A stretch of DNA of 64,000 nucleotides, taken from NCBI RefSeq assembly GCF_006345805.1, contig NC_043012.1, forward strand, positions 3,100,001 to 3,164,000. The letters run 5' to 3'. Made by a program: the position numbers and the translations under genes. Below are positions 13,553 to 25,775 of the stretch, one piece after another (the first letter of the stretch is position 1; every line of letters starts with the position of its first letter). The notes beneath the pieces were generated by a model. That model worked only from the letters and a program-made list of their open reading frames with translations. It did not search any database and was not told the origin of the DNA. The DNA is from Octopus sinensis (Eukaryota).

Positions 13553-14180
13553 GCTGCTGAACGACAATATTCCTCCGAACTGGACAGTCATTCTCAATCG
13601 TCCGCATCATCCCATCCTAGTAGTCCGACTGGAATGACAGTGGAGATGTTATCCGAATCCTCCCCGATACGGGAAGTCACAATGGAATCACAAACATATG
13701 AAGAACCTTGGGATTCAGAACTGCGTAAGAGGCAACTAGAAGAAAAGGTTTCTGCTGCAGGTATTCACTCGTTGCCATCGCCGACCGGCGATGGACGATT
13801 GAAATCTCAGCAAGTTGGAACTGGTAACTATGAAGAACCTTGGGATCTTGCCCGACGTCAGAAATTATTGCATGAGAAATTGGGTTTAGCAGAGAAGAGC
13901 AATTCAGCTTTGGACTCTGATTACCTTGAGCCTCGGTCTGTACGGAAACAACCAAGTAGTAGTATGTATGAAGAGCCATGGGACTCTGCTGCAAAGCAAA
14001 AAATGTTAGAAGAAAAATTTCAGGCTTCACATATCAAAACGTCTCCAAAGCATCAAGTTAGTGGTGTTCCATCATTGTCCAGCGGCAACTGGGCTGCTGG
14101 CGATGATGCAGGTCAGGGAAACTATGAGGTACCGTGGGATTATGGAGAACGAGCGAAGGCCATAAATGACTTAATGACCG
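13553..14180 (+). CDS. SHB/SHF-like: SH2 adapter coding exon with four YE(E/V)PWD motifs
   Basis: Acceptor ttattcaag|GCT (phase 0) and donor ACCG|GTGAGT (phase 1). 628-nt open frame AAERQYSSELD...NDLMT. YxxPW motifs are typical of SHB/SHD/SHF adapters. Confidence 0.93.
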
Positions 14181-14527
14181 GTGAGTGATTCAGTTGATCT
14201 TTCTATTATATTTTATTTGAAATATATTCCTTGTTGATTATTTTTTCCTTCCTGTCATACATAGTTTAACCAAACAATTTTATGTTCACACGTGACCCTT
14301 TACACTCACCTATGTCAATCAGCTCTACAGGGATTTTCCCCAATGCCCAGCATGGGTTCAAATCCTGCTTGCACCCCTGTTGTAATGTCATGTTCACTTC
14401 TTCAGATTCTAAACAAGGGGACAGTATATTCTGTCCTAAACCATTTTTTTTTATTCAAAGCTTTGAAGCTAATTTTTGTATTGCAGCATCTGCATGAGCA
14501 TCTCCATGGTGATAATTATAATTAGTA

Positions 14528-14976
14528 CTAGCTGGCCCCGTGCTGTCAAAAATGACGGCTAATTGTAGGATTTTATATATAAATATGGATGGTAAATCAA
14601 ATTGATACACTTATCAATGTTATCTAGTGGTTGTCTTTTGAGACGTGACATTGATCATCGCTTGCTACTGAAAGAACGCCGGTTCACACATAAATGTTCA
14701 CATACTTCCCTTGTACACACACATGCACACATATACTCACACAGTGATGAAACGCTGTTTGATTTTTCTTTTCCAGCATTGAATGTTCACCATCCCACTT
14801 CCATTGTACACACACACACGCACTCACAAGCATTTACATACACACACATATACTCACACAGAGTTGGAATGCTCCCACTACCAGTTTGCCATCACCCCTC
14901 CTTTCTTTATTCATCTGTCACCCCTTCCTTTCTCGTTCATATATTGTGATGGAGAAAACCACGAGTATATAGTAGA
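14528..14976 (-). mobile_element. Non-autonomous Helitron-like element
   Basis: Minus strand starts A|TCTACTATATAC and ends ...GCCGTCATTTTTGACAGCACGGGGCCAGCTAG|T: subterminal imperfect hairpin, CTAG end, AT target; internal (CA)-rich tracts. Confidence 0.6.
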
Positions 14977-16354
14977 TTATTCAGATATCTTGAAAGTTGG
15001 GAGCTCGCAGAATCATTGGCACATTGGGAAAAATGCTTAGCGGCATTTCATCCATTTTTACATTCTGAATTCAAATTCCGCCAAGGCCATCTTTTGCCTT
15101 TCATCCTTTCAGGGTTAATAGAATAAGTTCCAGTTGAGATGTGGGGTGGGGTGGGGGGTCAATCTAACTGACTTACCCTCTTCCCTGAAATTGTTGGCCA
15201 TGTGCCAAAATTTGAAACCAGTATTATTCAAATGTCTAATTTACTCTGCAACCATATTTAATAGGTCTTTCCTTCTTCCTGTCTAAATCTTACATCATCT
15301 TATATTTTAGGCTGTGTTCTAGGCCACTCATGGGCAGCCTGCAGGACTTACTGAATGGCATACCTTATAAAAATAACCTTGACTCTTTTTAGTCATGTTG
15401 CCTGCTTGCTGATGAGTTATGTCTCTTGTGGCCTGCTTCTCAGAAAAGGTTGCCCATATCTGTTAAAGAATGTTATGAAACTAGTTTTTGAGTTTTTCTC
15501 GATTTCCACCCTTGCCATAGAAACTTTCTCTGCAATCTACATATGACTTGTCCTTCACACCAATACATATCATTTATTTACATTTTCCTATTCACATGCA
15601 AATATAATAATTTACTGACATCAGTTTCATTAGGTTATCATGAGGAAAATCCATTTAAAATGGATTAAAATGGATTTAAAATCATTGGTTTTGTTATCAG
15701 ATTACTGTCATAAATTAAATTTTATAATACAATTTTTACAGATGATCAACATCAGAAAGGATTTTGTTTGTATGGGGGTGGGGAGTGGATGTGCTCAGTG
15801 CATGACAGTCTTACAGCTCAGGTTTCATCTCTTATTGTAATCACATTAAACTCCCACCTTTGCATGATCCTACAAGGTTCTATGCAGTCTGGGGAGGGCT
15901 CTAATATAATATGAAGAGCATATAGATAATGAGAGAATGTGTTGGGGAGGAGAGAGAGAGAGAGAAAGAAAGAGAAATAGTACATGTGTGTGTGTGTAGA
16001 CATAGATACAGAATAATTATCAATGATGACTTTTTACTTGGAAGCTTCAGAGATAACGACTTCTCAAAACAGTTTGTTGAGAAACCAGCATCATTGGTGA
16101 AGCACCAAAGCAAATGGTCACCATTGGTAACCGATATTACTGTAGCCCTTCAACTTGTATTGACTCCTTTATTCAGTACTTGTTTATTGTGCACAAACCT
16201 ATATAACAAGAAATTTTGTGTGTGGCAAGAAGTTTGCTACCCAGCCACATGGTCCCAGGTTCAATCCCACTACATGGCATTGGGAAAGTGTTTTCTAAAG
16301 TAGCCCTTGGTTAACTAAAGCCTTGTTAATGGATTTGGTAGATGGTAACTGAAA

Positions 16355-16590
16355 TAAGGCAGCGAGCTGGCAGAAACTTTAGCACGCTGGGCAAAATGCT
16401 TAGCAGTATTTCGTCTGCCGTTACGTTCTGAGTTCAAATTCCGCCGAGGTTGACTTTGCCTTTCATCCTTTCGGGGTTGATAAATCAAGTACCAGTTACG
16501 CACTGGGGTTGATGTAATTGACTTAATCCCTTTGTCTGTCCTTGTTCGTCCCCTCTATGTTTAGCCCCTTGTGGACAATAAAGAAATAGG
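16355..16590 (+). mobile_element. SINE family A nested in a family B SINE (about 16215-16660)
   Basis: GG(T/A)AACTGAAATAAG at 16344-16358 and 16589-16603; the family B sequence resumes after it. Confidence 0.88.
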
Positions 16591-17292
16591 AAACTGAAAT
16601 AAGCCTGTCGTGTGTGTGTGAATGTGTGTTTTTGTCTCCTTATCTTGACATCACATAACAGTTGTAAATGATTGTCACTGTGATACAAGTCGTGGTATTC
16701 ATTACCAATTTACTGAGAATATGTTTGGCCTTGGAGAAATATTACCTTGCTGGGAAACAGGTGAGAGTTGGCAACAGGAAGGGCATCCAGTCATAGAAAA
16801 TCTGCCTCAGAAACTTCCATCTGATTCAGGCAAGTTTGGAAAAATGGACATTAAAATGATAATGCATATGAATATAGAGCTATGTCAAAGAATGCTCTGT
16901 ACAACAACCTTTACATTATAATTAACTGTTATTTAATTGAACTTGGTCAATAACTTGGAAGAATTTAACCATTCTGTATGACGTGCAGTGATTTGATTCT
17001 ACATGAAAGGAACACGAATATATGAATAGATATGTTAATGTGTTAACATATGAATATGTTAATGATATAATATCTTACTGCGGCCACACCCACTTCATCT
17101 GCAATTTGTTGCTTGAGTTTTTGTTTTTTCATCCTACTCATATTCGTATATTCAGGAAATGGATGTCACATAATTGGGGGAAAGTGCCTTAGAAGTATAA
17201 AACTGAGTCATAGGTGAAGTTTGAAAGTAAGAAACATTGCATAAAAATAGTACAGTATTCATTTGAGGTGTCTGTGTGTTTACATTTATGTA

Positions 17293-17449
17293 TACTGTAT
17301 TTTAATGTGTATAAGGAACCCCCTAATTTTTGGGGTTTAAAATTTGAAAAAAAAAAAAATGGTTTTGTAAGGGATTATAATCCTATCCATATTTTTTAAA
17401 CCTAATTTTTGACAAAAAAAGGGTTCCTTATACACATTAGAATCTGGTA
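17293..17449. mobile_element. pogo/Tigger-like MITE (TA-flanked)
   Basis: Perfect 18-bp inverted repeat AATGTGTATAAGGAACCC (17304-17321 / 17421-17438) inside imperfect ~29-bp TIRs bounded by TA. Confidence 0.65.
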
Positions 17450-18148
17450 TATGTATATATGTATATGTTTGCGTGTATATAGAATGATCATCATCACCAT
17501 TTTTAACATTCATCAGATGGAGTTTATTTGAGGTATTTATGGCTGGATGCTCTTGCCACATTTTTAAGTAACACAGGACATGTTTTCATAGAAGATTGAA
17601 AATGAAGGACATAGCTCAGATGATGGTGACACTTATTTACAATTGTCATGTGATGTCAAGACAAGGAGACTGTAATACACACGCAGACATACACAAATGC
17701 ATGCATGTACATACATGATGTGTATGTGTGTGTGTGTATATATATATGTGTGTGTGTGTGTGTATATATATGCACACACACATATCATCATGATCATCAT
17801 TTAACATCCATTTTCCATTTTCCATGCTAGCATGGGTTGGATGGTTTTGACAGGAGCTGGCAAGCCGGAGGGCTTTACCAGACTCCAGTCATCTGTTTTG
17901 GCTTGGTTTCTACAGCTGGATGCCCTTCCTAATGCTCACCGCTTTACAGAATGTACTGAGTGTCTTTTACATGATGTAGATACAGGTGCTTCTTGTGTGA
18001 CGCCGGAGAGAGTTCTTTTGATTTTCACCTACCAGATCCACTCAGAAGGCTTTTGGCTGGCTCAGGGTTATAGTAGAAGACATTTGCCCAGTGAGACAGA
18101 ACCTGAAGCCATGTGGTTATGAAGCAACTAATCACACAACAATGCATC

Positions 18149-18185
<37 letters not shown>

Positions 18186-19634
18186 ACTGGCTACTTCTCC
18201 TTTCTCTCTGGAAGAAATCAGCTATGTTCAGACCTGGAGTGGAATGGGCTTCACCACTCTTAAAGTGCTCAAGGCATGCTGTTCACAATGTTACCTTCCT
18301 TCCACATGTTGTCAAGCTATTAGATTGCAGCAATAGGTAAACTTGCTCTTTAAAATGTTGGCAGTTGAAGTGCCAAGAAAACTGAAACAGTAACATACCA
18401 TCATGCATGATATGAGCAGTGGATTAGTATTACAGTTGTAATTGGAGCAGTTAGCTATCTATTTCACCTTTTTTTTTATTTATTTATAATGGTAGCTCAC
18501 TGCCAGTGGAATACACATTTCACAGTGTAAAACAAGCACCCAGGTATAAATTAATTATATCTACACTACATTTCAAACCGATTGTCATTAGTTGTTCCAT
18601 CCCTGGATATTTACATTGTACTCTGACTGAACTTCAATTAGGACCTTTTATTTCTAAATTAATTCTAGTAATTCTTTTATCTGTTGTGTTACAGTATGTT
18701 CATAAGATTAGGTTTGTTTAAATCCAGACCAATGGAACTGATCTGGATTTATACTAATTTAATCTTTTAATCTTTAAACACTTTTGATGATAATCAAAGA
18801 TAAAGCTTTTCTAAATACGAGCTTCGTTACCTGAAAAATTACAAGCATGCATGTGGCTGTGTATTTGAGCAGTTTGCTTTGCAATTTACATCATTTTAGG
18901 TTCAGCTTCATTGTATGATACTATAAGCTCGGGTTGTTCATTGTCTTATGAGTAAATTTGATTGATGGAAACTGTATAGAAGCCCATTATGTATTTGTGT
19001 GTGTATGTGTACCTTCATATTTACACCCTTTGTGCAGTAGTGATGTCCCTCTTTAACAAACCCTCCTATGTGGTGGTTTATCATGTGAAGACCATTGAAA
19101 TAAAAACCCTATATGAAGCAATAGTTGAGCATCATGATGGGCAACTGCCTGTTGGGTACTACTGCCCTGTGAAGTCCTGTTCCAACCTTGACAGCATAGG
19201 ACAATCAGGTATAAAAACACATTCATGGTAGTGGTGATGATGGAGTGTCTCTGTTGGTTGTGCAACTTATTCTGTTTCACCACTCCAGTTTTGAAAACAG
19301 AAATAATTGCTCACATGACTCAGTACTTGTAATTTGATCTGATATCAATTGAAACTGGATCAGGAACTATCTGTGGACAGGGCAGGATGTTGATAAACTG
19401 TTAAACTACACTTTATATTATATTTATGTCAGATTAGGGAAACCCGATAACTCTTAACAACAGAAGCTTTATTTAACAAAGTAGATGTCAAAACACAGTT
19501 CTCAGAGTTTTTAAAATTTATTTATGCATATACATGTTTGAATGTGTCTTTTACTGAAATTACAAACAAAAGCCACCTTGTACCTTGCATAGACAAGTGT
19601 GTGTATACATGCATACACATGATATATATATATA

Positions 19635-20433
19635 CTAGCATTATGACCCGTCAAAGACGGGTCATAGTGCTAGTGCATGTATATATGTGTATATATATGT
19701 GTACATATTACATGTACATCTATATATATACATCTACACATAAAATACAAAATACAAAGTTATATCTTGATATCGCTAGTGATAACAATACTGAAAATAT
19801 ATAACAGACTGGAATTGTAGGACTATTCCATTTCTGCACGCTAATTTTATTTTTAATTTATTCCCATTCATGTGAAACCACTTATTCAAGTTCAAATCCT
19901 TGATGCAATTTTATACCAATTGCTATTTTTACTTTTGTTATGTTACGATTATATTATACTTTAGTTTGATTTTAATTATTACTCACTACATATAATTCAA
20001 TTGTTATTATTATTTTTATTGTTAAAGTGAAAGCATCTGACATAAAATAGAGAAATATTTTTGTTTCACTTTTAACAATACTGAAATAGTGGAGAAGATA
20101 TGATATTGCTATGGGCTCGCCCTTGGCAAGAAATTGAACATTTTTTTTTGCCCATGAAACTACATGGACCCTAAGTAAGGCATGTGTAAAATTTGAATGA
20201 AATTGGTTGTGTAGTTCTCGAGTTTTAGGGAATCGTAGTGGAGAAGATATAATATTGCTGTGGGCTCGCCCTAGGCAAAAAATTGAAAAAATTTTTTGCC
20301 GATGACACATCCCGGACCCTAAGTAAGGCATGTGTAAAATTTGAATGAAATTGGTTGTGTAGTTCTCAAGTTTTAGGGAAACATACAGACAGACAGACAG
20401 ACAGACACATTCTCAGTTTTATATATAGAGAGA
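19635..20433 (-). mobile_element. Non-autonomous Helitron-like element with internal ~150-bp tandem duplication
   Basis: Minus strand starts A|TCTCTCTATATATAAAACTGAG followed by (GTCT)n; ends in a hairpin plus CTAG|T at 19635. Two copies of AGTGGAGAAGATAT...GTAGTTCTC(G/A)AGTTTTAGGGAA start near 20087 and 20237. Confidence 0.7.
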
Positions 20434-21665
20434 TATATATGTTGTTGCACAGTGGGAAATGTGGCAAGACTGCATCTGGACCAAAGCAATCAACTTTGAG
20501 AATGCCAGCAGAGCAACTGCAACATTCAGAAACACCAAAGAAAGAAAGAGTCTCCATCATGTCATCTCCCCTCTCCATCTGGCCAAATCCTACATGTTTT
20601 CTGCAAATGCACCAGAGCCTGACATTCAAGGATCACTTTATGTAGCCACTTAAGGAAGGGCCTGACACTCTTCCTCTTGATCTTTTGACCTGAAGAATTG
20701 ATGTCATCATATCATACTCACACAAATAGAGTTAGTTGTCCCTTAGTTTACATGGTTGACTGGTTCAGTGAGTCCCCGTGTAAATCAAAAATCATCTAAA
20801 ACTTAAGACGTCAGCACCCACTCTGACATCTATAAGAATTAAATGTACATGTATAATTCCCTCAACAATCAATATTTCCTTAAACAGACTCAGTGTTAAG
20901 GTTAAATTATGATGGTCATCATTTTTCATCTGCTTTTCCATGCTGGCATGGGTTTTGTTCATTTATTCTTTTACTGGTTTCAGTCATTTGACTGCGGCCA
21001 TGCTGGAGCACCGCTTTATTCAAGCAAATCAACCCCAGGACTTATTCTTTGTAAGCCTAGTACTTATTCTGTTGGTCTTTTTTGCCAAACCACTTAGTTA
21101 CGGGGACATAAACACACCAGCATCGGTTGTCAAACGATGGAGGAGGAACAAACACTGACACACACACACACACATATACGATGGGCTTCTTTCAGTTTCC
21201 ATCTACCAAATTCACTCACAAGGCTTTGGTCAGCCCGAAGCTATAGTAGAAAACACTTGCCCACGGTGCCACGCAGTGGAACTGAACCCAAAACCATGTG
21301 GTTGGGAAGCCACTCCTGGACGGGTTTTCTAAGTTTTTTATCATCAATCCTTTTAGCCTCTTCTCACGCCATGCAGGTAGAAGTAATTAACTATCTTCCA
21401 AGCTCATTGAATATCGGATAAATTTTGGTTTAAGCCCAGGTGTGGCTCTCTGGGTCATATATGGTTGAGTGATTGGCTAAGATGTTTGCTTCACAATCTC
21501 ATGATTCCAAGCTAGATTCCATGTGTAGTACCTTGAGGGAAGTGTCTTCTACTGTGGTCTTGGATTGATTCAAGCGCTGTGAATCAAATTGGGAAGAAGA
21601 ACACTGTAGAGAGACCCATCAGATGGAATATATCTGTTTTTTAAGGATAGGTTTTGTCATCTAGT

Positions 21666-21893
21666 TTAAGCCTTTAGCATTAACACTGGCTATAACAGGC
21701 CCAAATATTTTACCAGTTTTATGTTGAAACTGGCCAGATCGAGCCTCTCACGCCTACCCTACTATGTCATTCTGAAAATAAATAACCACATCATCGAGAT
21801 CTCAGAACTACGAGATAATACCTGATCCATTCAAAACAAGGGGTTCAAATAAGCATTACATTTGACAAAGTAATCTGAATGCTAAAGGGTTAA
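21666..21893 (-). mobile_element. piggyBac-type MITE, family 2
   Basis: TTAAGCCTTTAGCATT ... AATGCTAAAGGG|TTAA; same body as the 4074 copy. Confidence 0.8.
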
Positions 21894-23159
21894 TGCTGTC
21901 ACGTTATCCTTGGATGGTTTTTAACTGGATCCACACTGTTGCAGATAGTTAAAGCAGGTTTTGGGGTAAGCTGTGAATCATGGTTTCTTCCTATCTCCCC
22001 TTGCCATCAATTTCAGAATCCCTACAAAATTTCCTGGGTGTTGCCCCTTCTCTTTGACTAAATCATAAGAAATATAAAGTATTGTCAACGTAGCCATTTC
22101 ACATTTGCTTTTCTATGCTGGCATGGATTGGATGTATTTTTCGAGGCAGAGTTTTACAAATAGTAGCCTAAAAAAAAAATACAAAATAAATAATTTTAAG
22201 AATCAAAAACAATTTGTGGTATAAGAAGGGTATGTGTAAAAATTCCAAGTAAAAGGACCCATATTTATTACCCTTTTTAACTTATTAGTCTTATTAAGAG
22301 CAAGTTTAATGTTCATATATTAGGGCGGCAAGCTGACAGAATCATTACCAAACCAGAAGTGTTTCACAGCATTTCTTGTGACATTATGTTCTGAGTTCAA
22401 ATGCTTCTGGGTTTGAATTTGGCTTTCATCCTTTCAAGATTGATGAAATAAGTACCAGTTGAATACTGGGGTCAATGTAATCAATTTGCACCCTTCCCCA
22501 CAATTGCTGGCCTTGTGCCAAAAGTTGAAACCAATGTTCATTTATTTTTTATTTCGTTCATTTGGAAAGCAAGTGTTGTAGTGTAACCACACATAACGTT
22601 GGGGTAGTGGTTAAGTTGGAGGTATTAAATAGATTAGTTCTAGAGGATGGACCTAGTCAGAGTTTGGTGTTTTTGGTGAAAAGGGGATGATGGAAGATTA
22701 AGGAACCCTTGTAATTACTCTGTCTGGCACTTGTTAGTTACAACGATGAGGGTTCCAGTTGATCCAACTGATAGAACAGTGTGCTTGTGAAATTACTAAG
22801 CAAGTGGCTGAGTACTTCACAGACACATGTATTCTTAACGTAGTTCTCAAGGAGATTCAGTGTGACACAGAATGTGACAAGGCTGGCCCTTTGAATTACA
22901 GGGTTTTTTTTTGCCAGTTAGTGGACAGGAGCAACGTGAAGTAAAGTGTCTTGCTTAAGGACGCAATGTGCAGGTGGCAGTCAAACTCACAACCTTACAA
23001 TCGTGAGCCGCTTACCCTAACCACTAAATCATGTGCCTTCACTGTAATTACTAATGTCAAATAATGCCAATTAGTAGAAATGGTAGACTGGTGTATCAGT
23101 CAGGTATCAGGGGTCAGTAAACTGAGTGCTTCCCTCTCCAAACTTTGGTTTTGTGCCAA

Positions 23160-23660
23160 GGTTCATCATCATCATCATCATCATCATTGTTTAACATCTG
23201 CTTCCCATACGGCCATGGGTTGAACGGTTTGACTGAGGACTGGCTCCAATCTGATCTGGCAAGGACTCTACAGCTGGATGCTTTTTACATATCGCTGGCA
23301 TGGGAGCCAGTCAGGCAGCACTGACATGAACCACTTTTGAATGGTGCTTTTTACGTGCCACCAGTACAGGAACTGGTCAGGCTGCACTGGCATCGGTCAC
23401 ACTCAAATGGTGCTTTTTACGTGCCACCAGCACAGGAGCCAGTCAGGCTCCACTGGCATCAACCACATTCGGATGGTGCTTTTTACGTGCCACCAGCATG
23501 GGAGCCCTGACATCGACCATGACTACAATTTCACTTGACTCAATAGGTCATCTCAAGCACAGCATATCACCCAATGATTCAAGGATACTTTTAAATGGGA
23601 TGGCTATGCGACACTGGCATCGGCCACAACTGTAATTTCACTTTACTTGCCGGGTCTTAA
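23160..23660 (-). mobile_element. Family C copy with about three 66-bp units
   Basis: (CAT)n tail at the left; ATGGTGCTTTTTACGTGCCACCAG recurs every 66 bp near 23341-23500. Confidence 0.8.
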
Positions 23661-23679
23661 TTATTATTAACACAGACTT

Positions 23680-23716
<37 letters not shown>

Positions 23717-23799
23717 CCCTCTCTCTCATTCCCAAATATATCAGAATTAAGATATTGTTTATGTTTCGAGTAGTATCATATAGTGGTATTGAGTCTCAT

Positions 23800-24022
23800 T
23801 TAACCCTTCAGCATTCAGATTATCAAATCTAATGCTTATTTATTCACATTGTTTTGAATTATTCACACAATGTCTTGTAGCTTTGAGGTGTTGATGATGC
23901 AAGTGTTTATTTTTAGAATAACATTGTAGGGTAGGTGTGAGAGGTTGGATCTGGTCAGTTTTAACACAAAACATGTAGAATATTTGAGCTGGATATAACT
24001 CGTTTAAATACTAACTGGTTAA
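23800..24022 (+). mobile_element. piggyBac-type MITE, family 2
   Basis: TTAA|CCCTTCAGCATT ... AATACTAACTGG|TTAA. Confidence 0.75.
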
Positions 24023-25546
24023 ACTGGGATTACAATGCATGTTTACCTCTTGACGGAGGAACCACTATGCTGTCTTGTGTCTGTAACCTTTGGCTCTACT
24101 TCACTTCCTGATCGGTTGAGGGAACAGATACTCACTACTGGTTATAGCCTTTATTCTCTGACCGTATTCCACTTCCTGGTGGTGTTACCTCACTCACCAC
24201 ATGTGTCTGTAACCTCTGACTCTAAGAAGGCTTTATGTTGATCTGAATGACTTTTTAATCAGTTCAGAAGCAGTGATTGGAAATCATTTGTAGAAGAATG
24301 TAGTAGATAACACAATTGTATTGTTATAGATATTCAACGAGAACAGGTGAAAGATAGCTTTTTGATGTGTAACTCTGTCTGAATGACCATCGAGACATGC
24401 CTTCTGTCTGTGTCTTCTATCACAACAACAACAGCTTTTGTTTCTCTAAACTCCAGACGCCCACCACCAACGTTTATGCATTCAACTGTTTGTGTTCATT
24501 CCCACACTCTTGAACTTCCTGCCACCAATAACACATTCCGTTGACTATTGTGTGCTGTTTTTACTTTTCTATTCCCCAGGAAAAATTACAATAGGAAGGC
24601 CTAAAAATAAGTAATGGGTGTTACACATTTCCTCTTTTTTCAAAGATAATAGAAATGTGAAGAGGAGAGTTTGTCAGATCAGAAGTGATTTTTGCTACTA
24701 TTAGATTATGTAGGCCAGCGCTTCTCCACCAGGGTTCACTTAAGATTTTTTTGTTAAGGTTTATGAGCTATAAATTGGTTATACTTCTATATAATACAGA
24801 AAATATTCTAACAATTTTTTAAATGCAATTCCTAATATTTAATTATAAAAATATAATAGAATTTTCTTGTTAACATGACAGTCTGTTGGGAACCACTGCA
24901 TTTAGGACAAAACATTAGAGTCTTGGGCAAGTAACAGTAGTTTTACACTCTCTGCTGCCATCTACATCTTGTAGTGAGTATTTTGTTGTTTTTAATTGCG
25001 GACAGTTTTCCACAGCTAATAAACTTCATGAAATGAAATGAGTTTATATGATGTAATACAAGGGGAGTTCTATCATTTCAGAGGCGGCCATTTTTCAAAA
25101 AATAAAGGGTCCTCAACAAAGTATCAGGATTTATTTTTCTTTATTGAATATACATTTTTGTTTTTTATGAATCTCGTGAATAAAAAATTGAAAGATAGAA
25201 AAATAAGTGTGAAAAAAGTTGTCCAAGTGGCATTTCCTGAAAACATTTAATACATAAAACTGAGGAGGCCCATGAGTTACTTGGAGTAGTAAAGAGTAGA
25301 ATTGGTTGTGATATTTACATTCAGAGTTCAAATCTCACCCAGATCAACTGCTTTTCATCTTATAAAGTTAAATCCACTAAACACCAGTCAAGAAATAGAA
25401 CTTGAATAAATTAACTATTATCTTGAAGGTGTTGCCCCAGCATGGTCACAATACAATTACTGGAACCAGTTAAAAAATGAATACAGGAAGTAAAGGGATA
25501 GACAGCAGGCAGGCTGATGCCACCATTTATATTGTTATATTTATGT

Positions 25547-25775
25547 TTAACCCTTTCGTTACCAACCCGCCTGAAACCGGCTCTGGCTCTGAGTACAAAT
25601 TGTCTTGTTTTCACAAGTTTTGCATTAAAATCTTTCACCAAACCTTAGTCACAATTTATGTTCCTAACACTAGCTGAATGATAACTAATTTATTTTACTA
25701 AATTCTTTGTTATATTTAAAGTAATTGAAACAAACATAGAGTATCTCAAAATAAATACAGTAACGAAAGGGTTAA
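25547..25775 (+). mobile_element. piggyBac-type MITE, family 1
   Basis: TTAA|CCCTTTCGTTAC ... GTAACGAAAGGG|TTAA: perfect 12-bp TIRs with TTAA TSDs. Confidence 0.85.
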
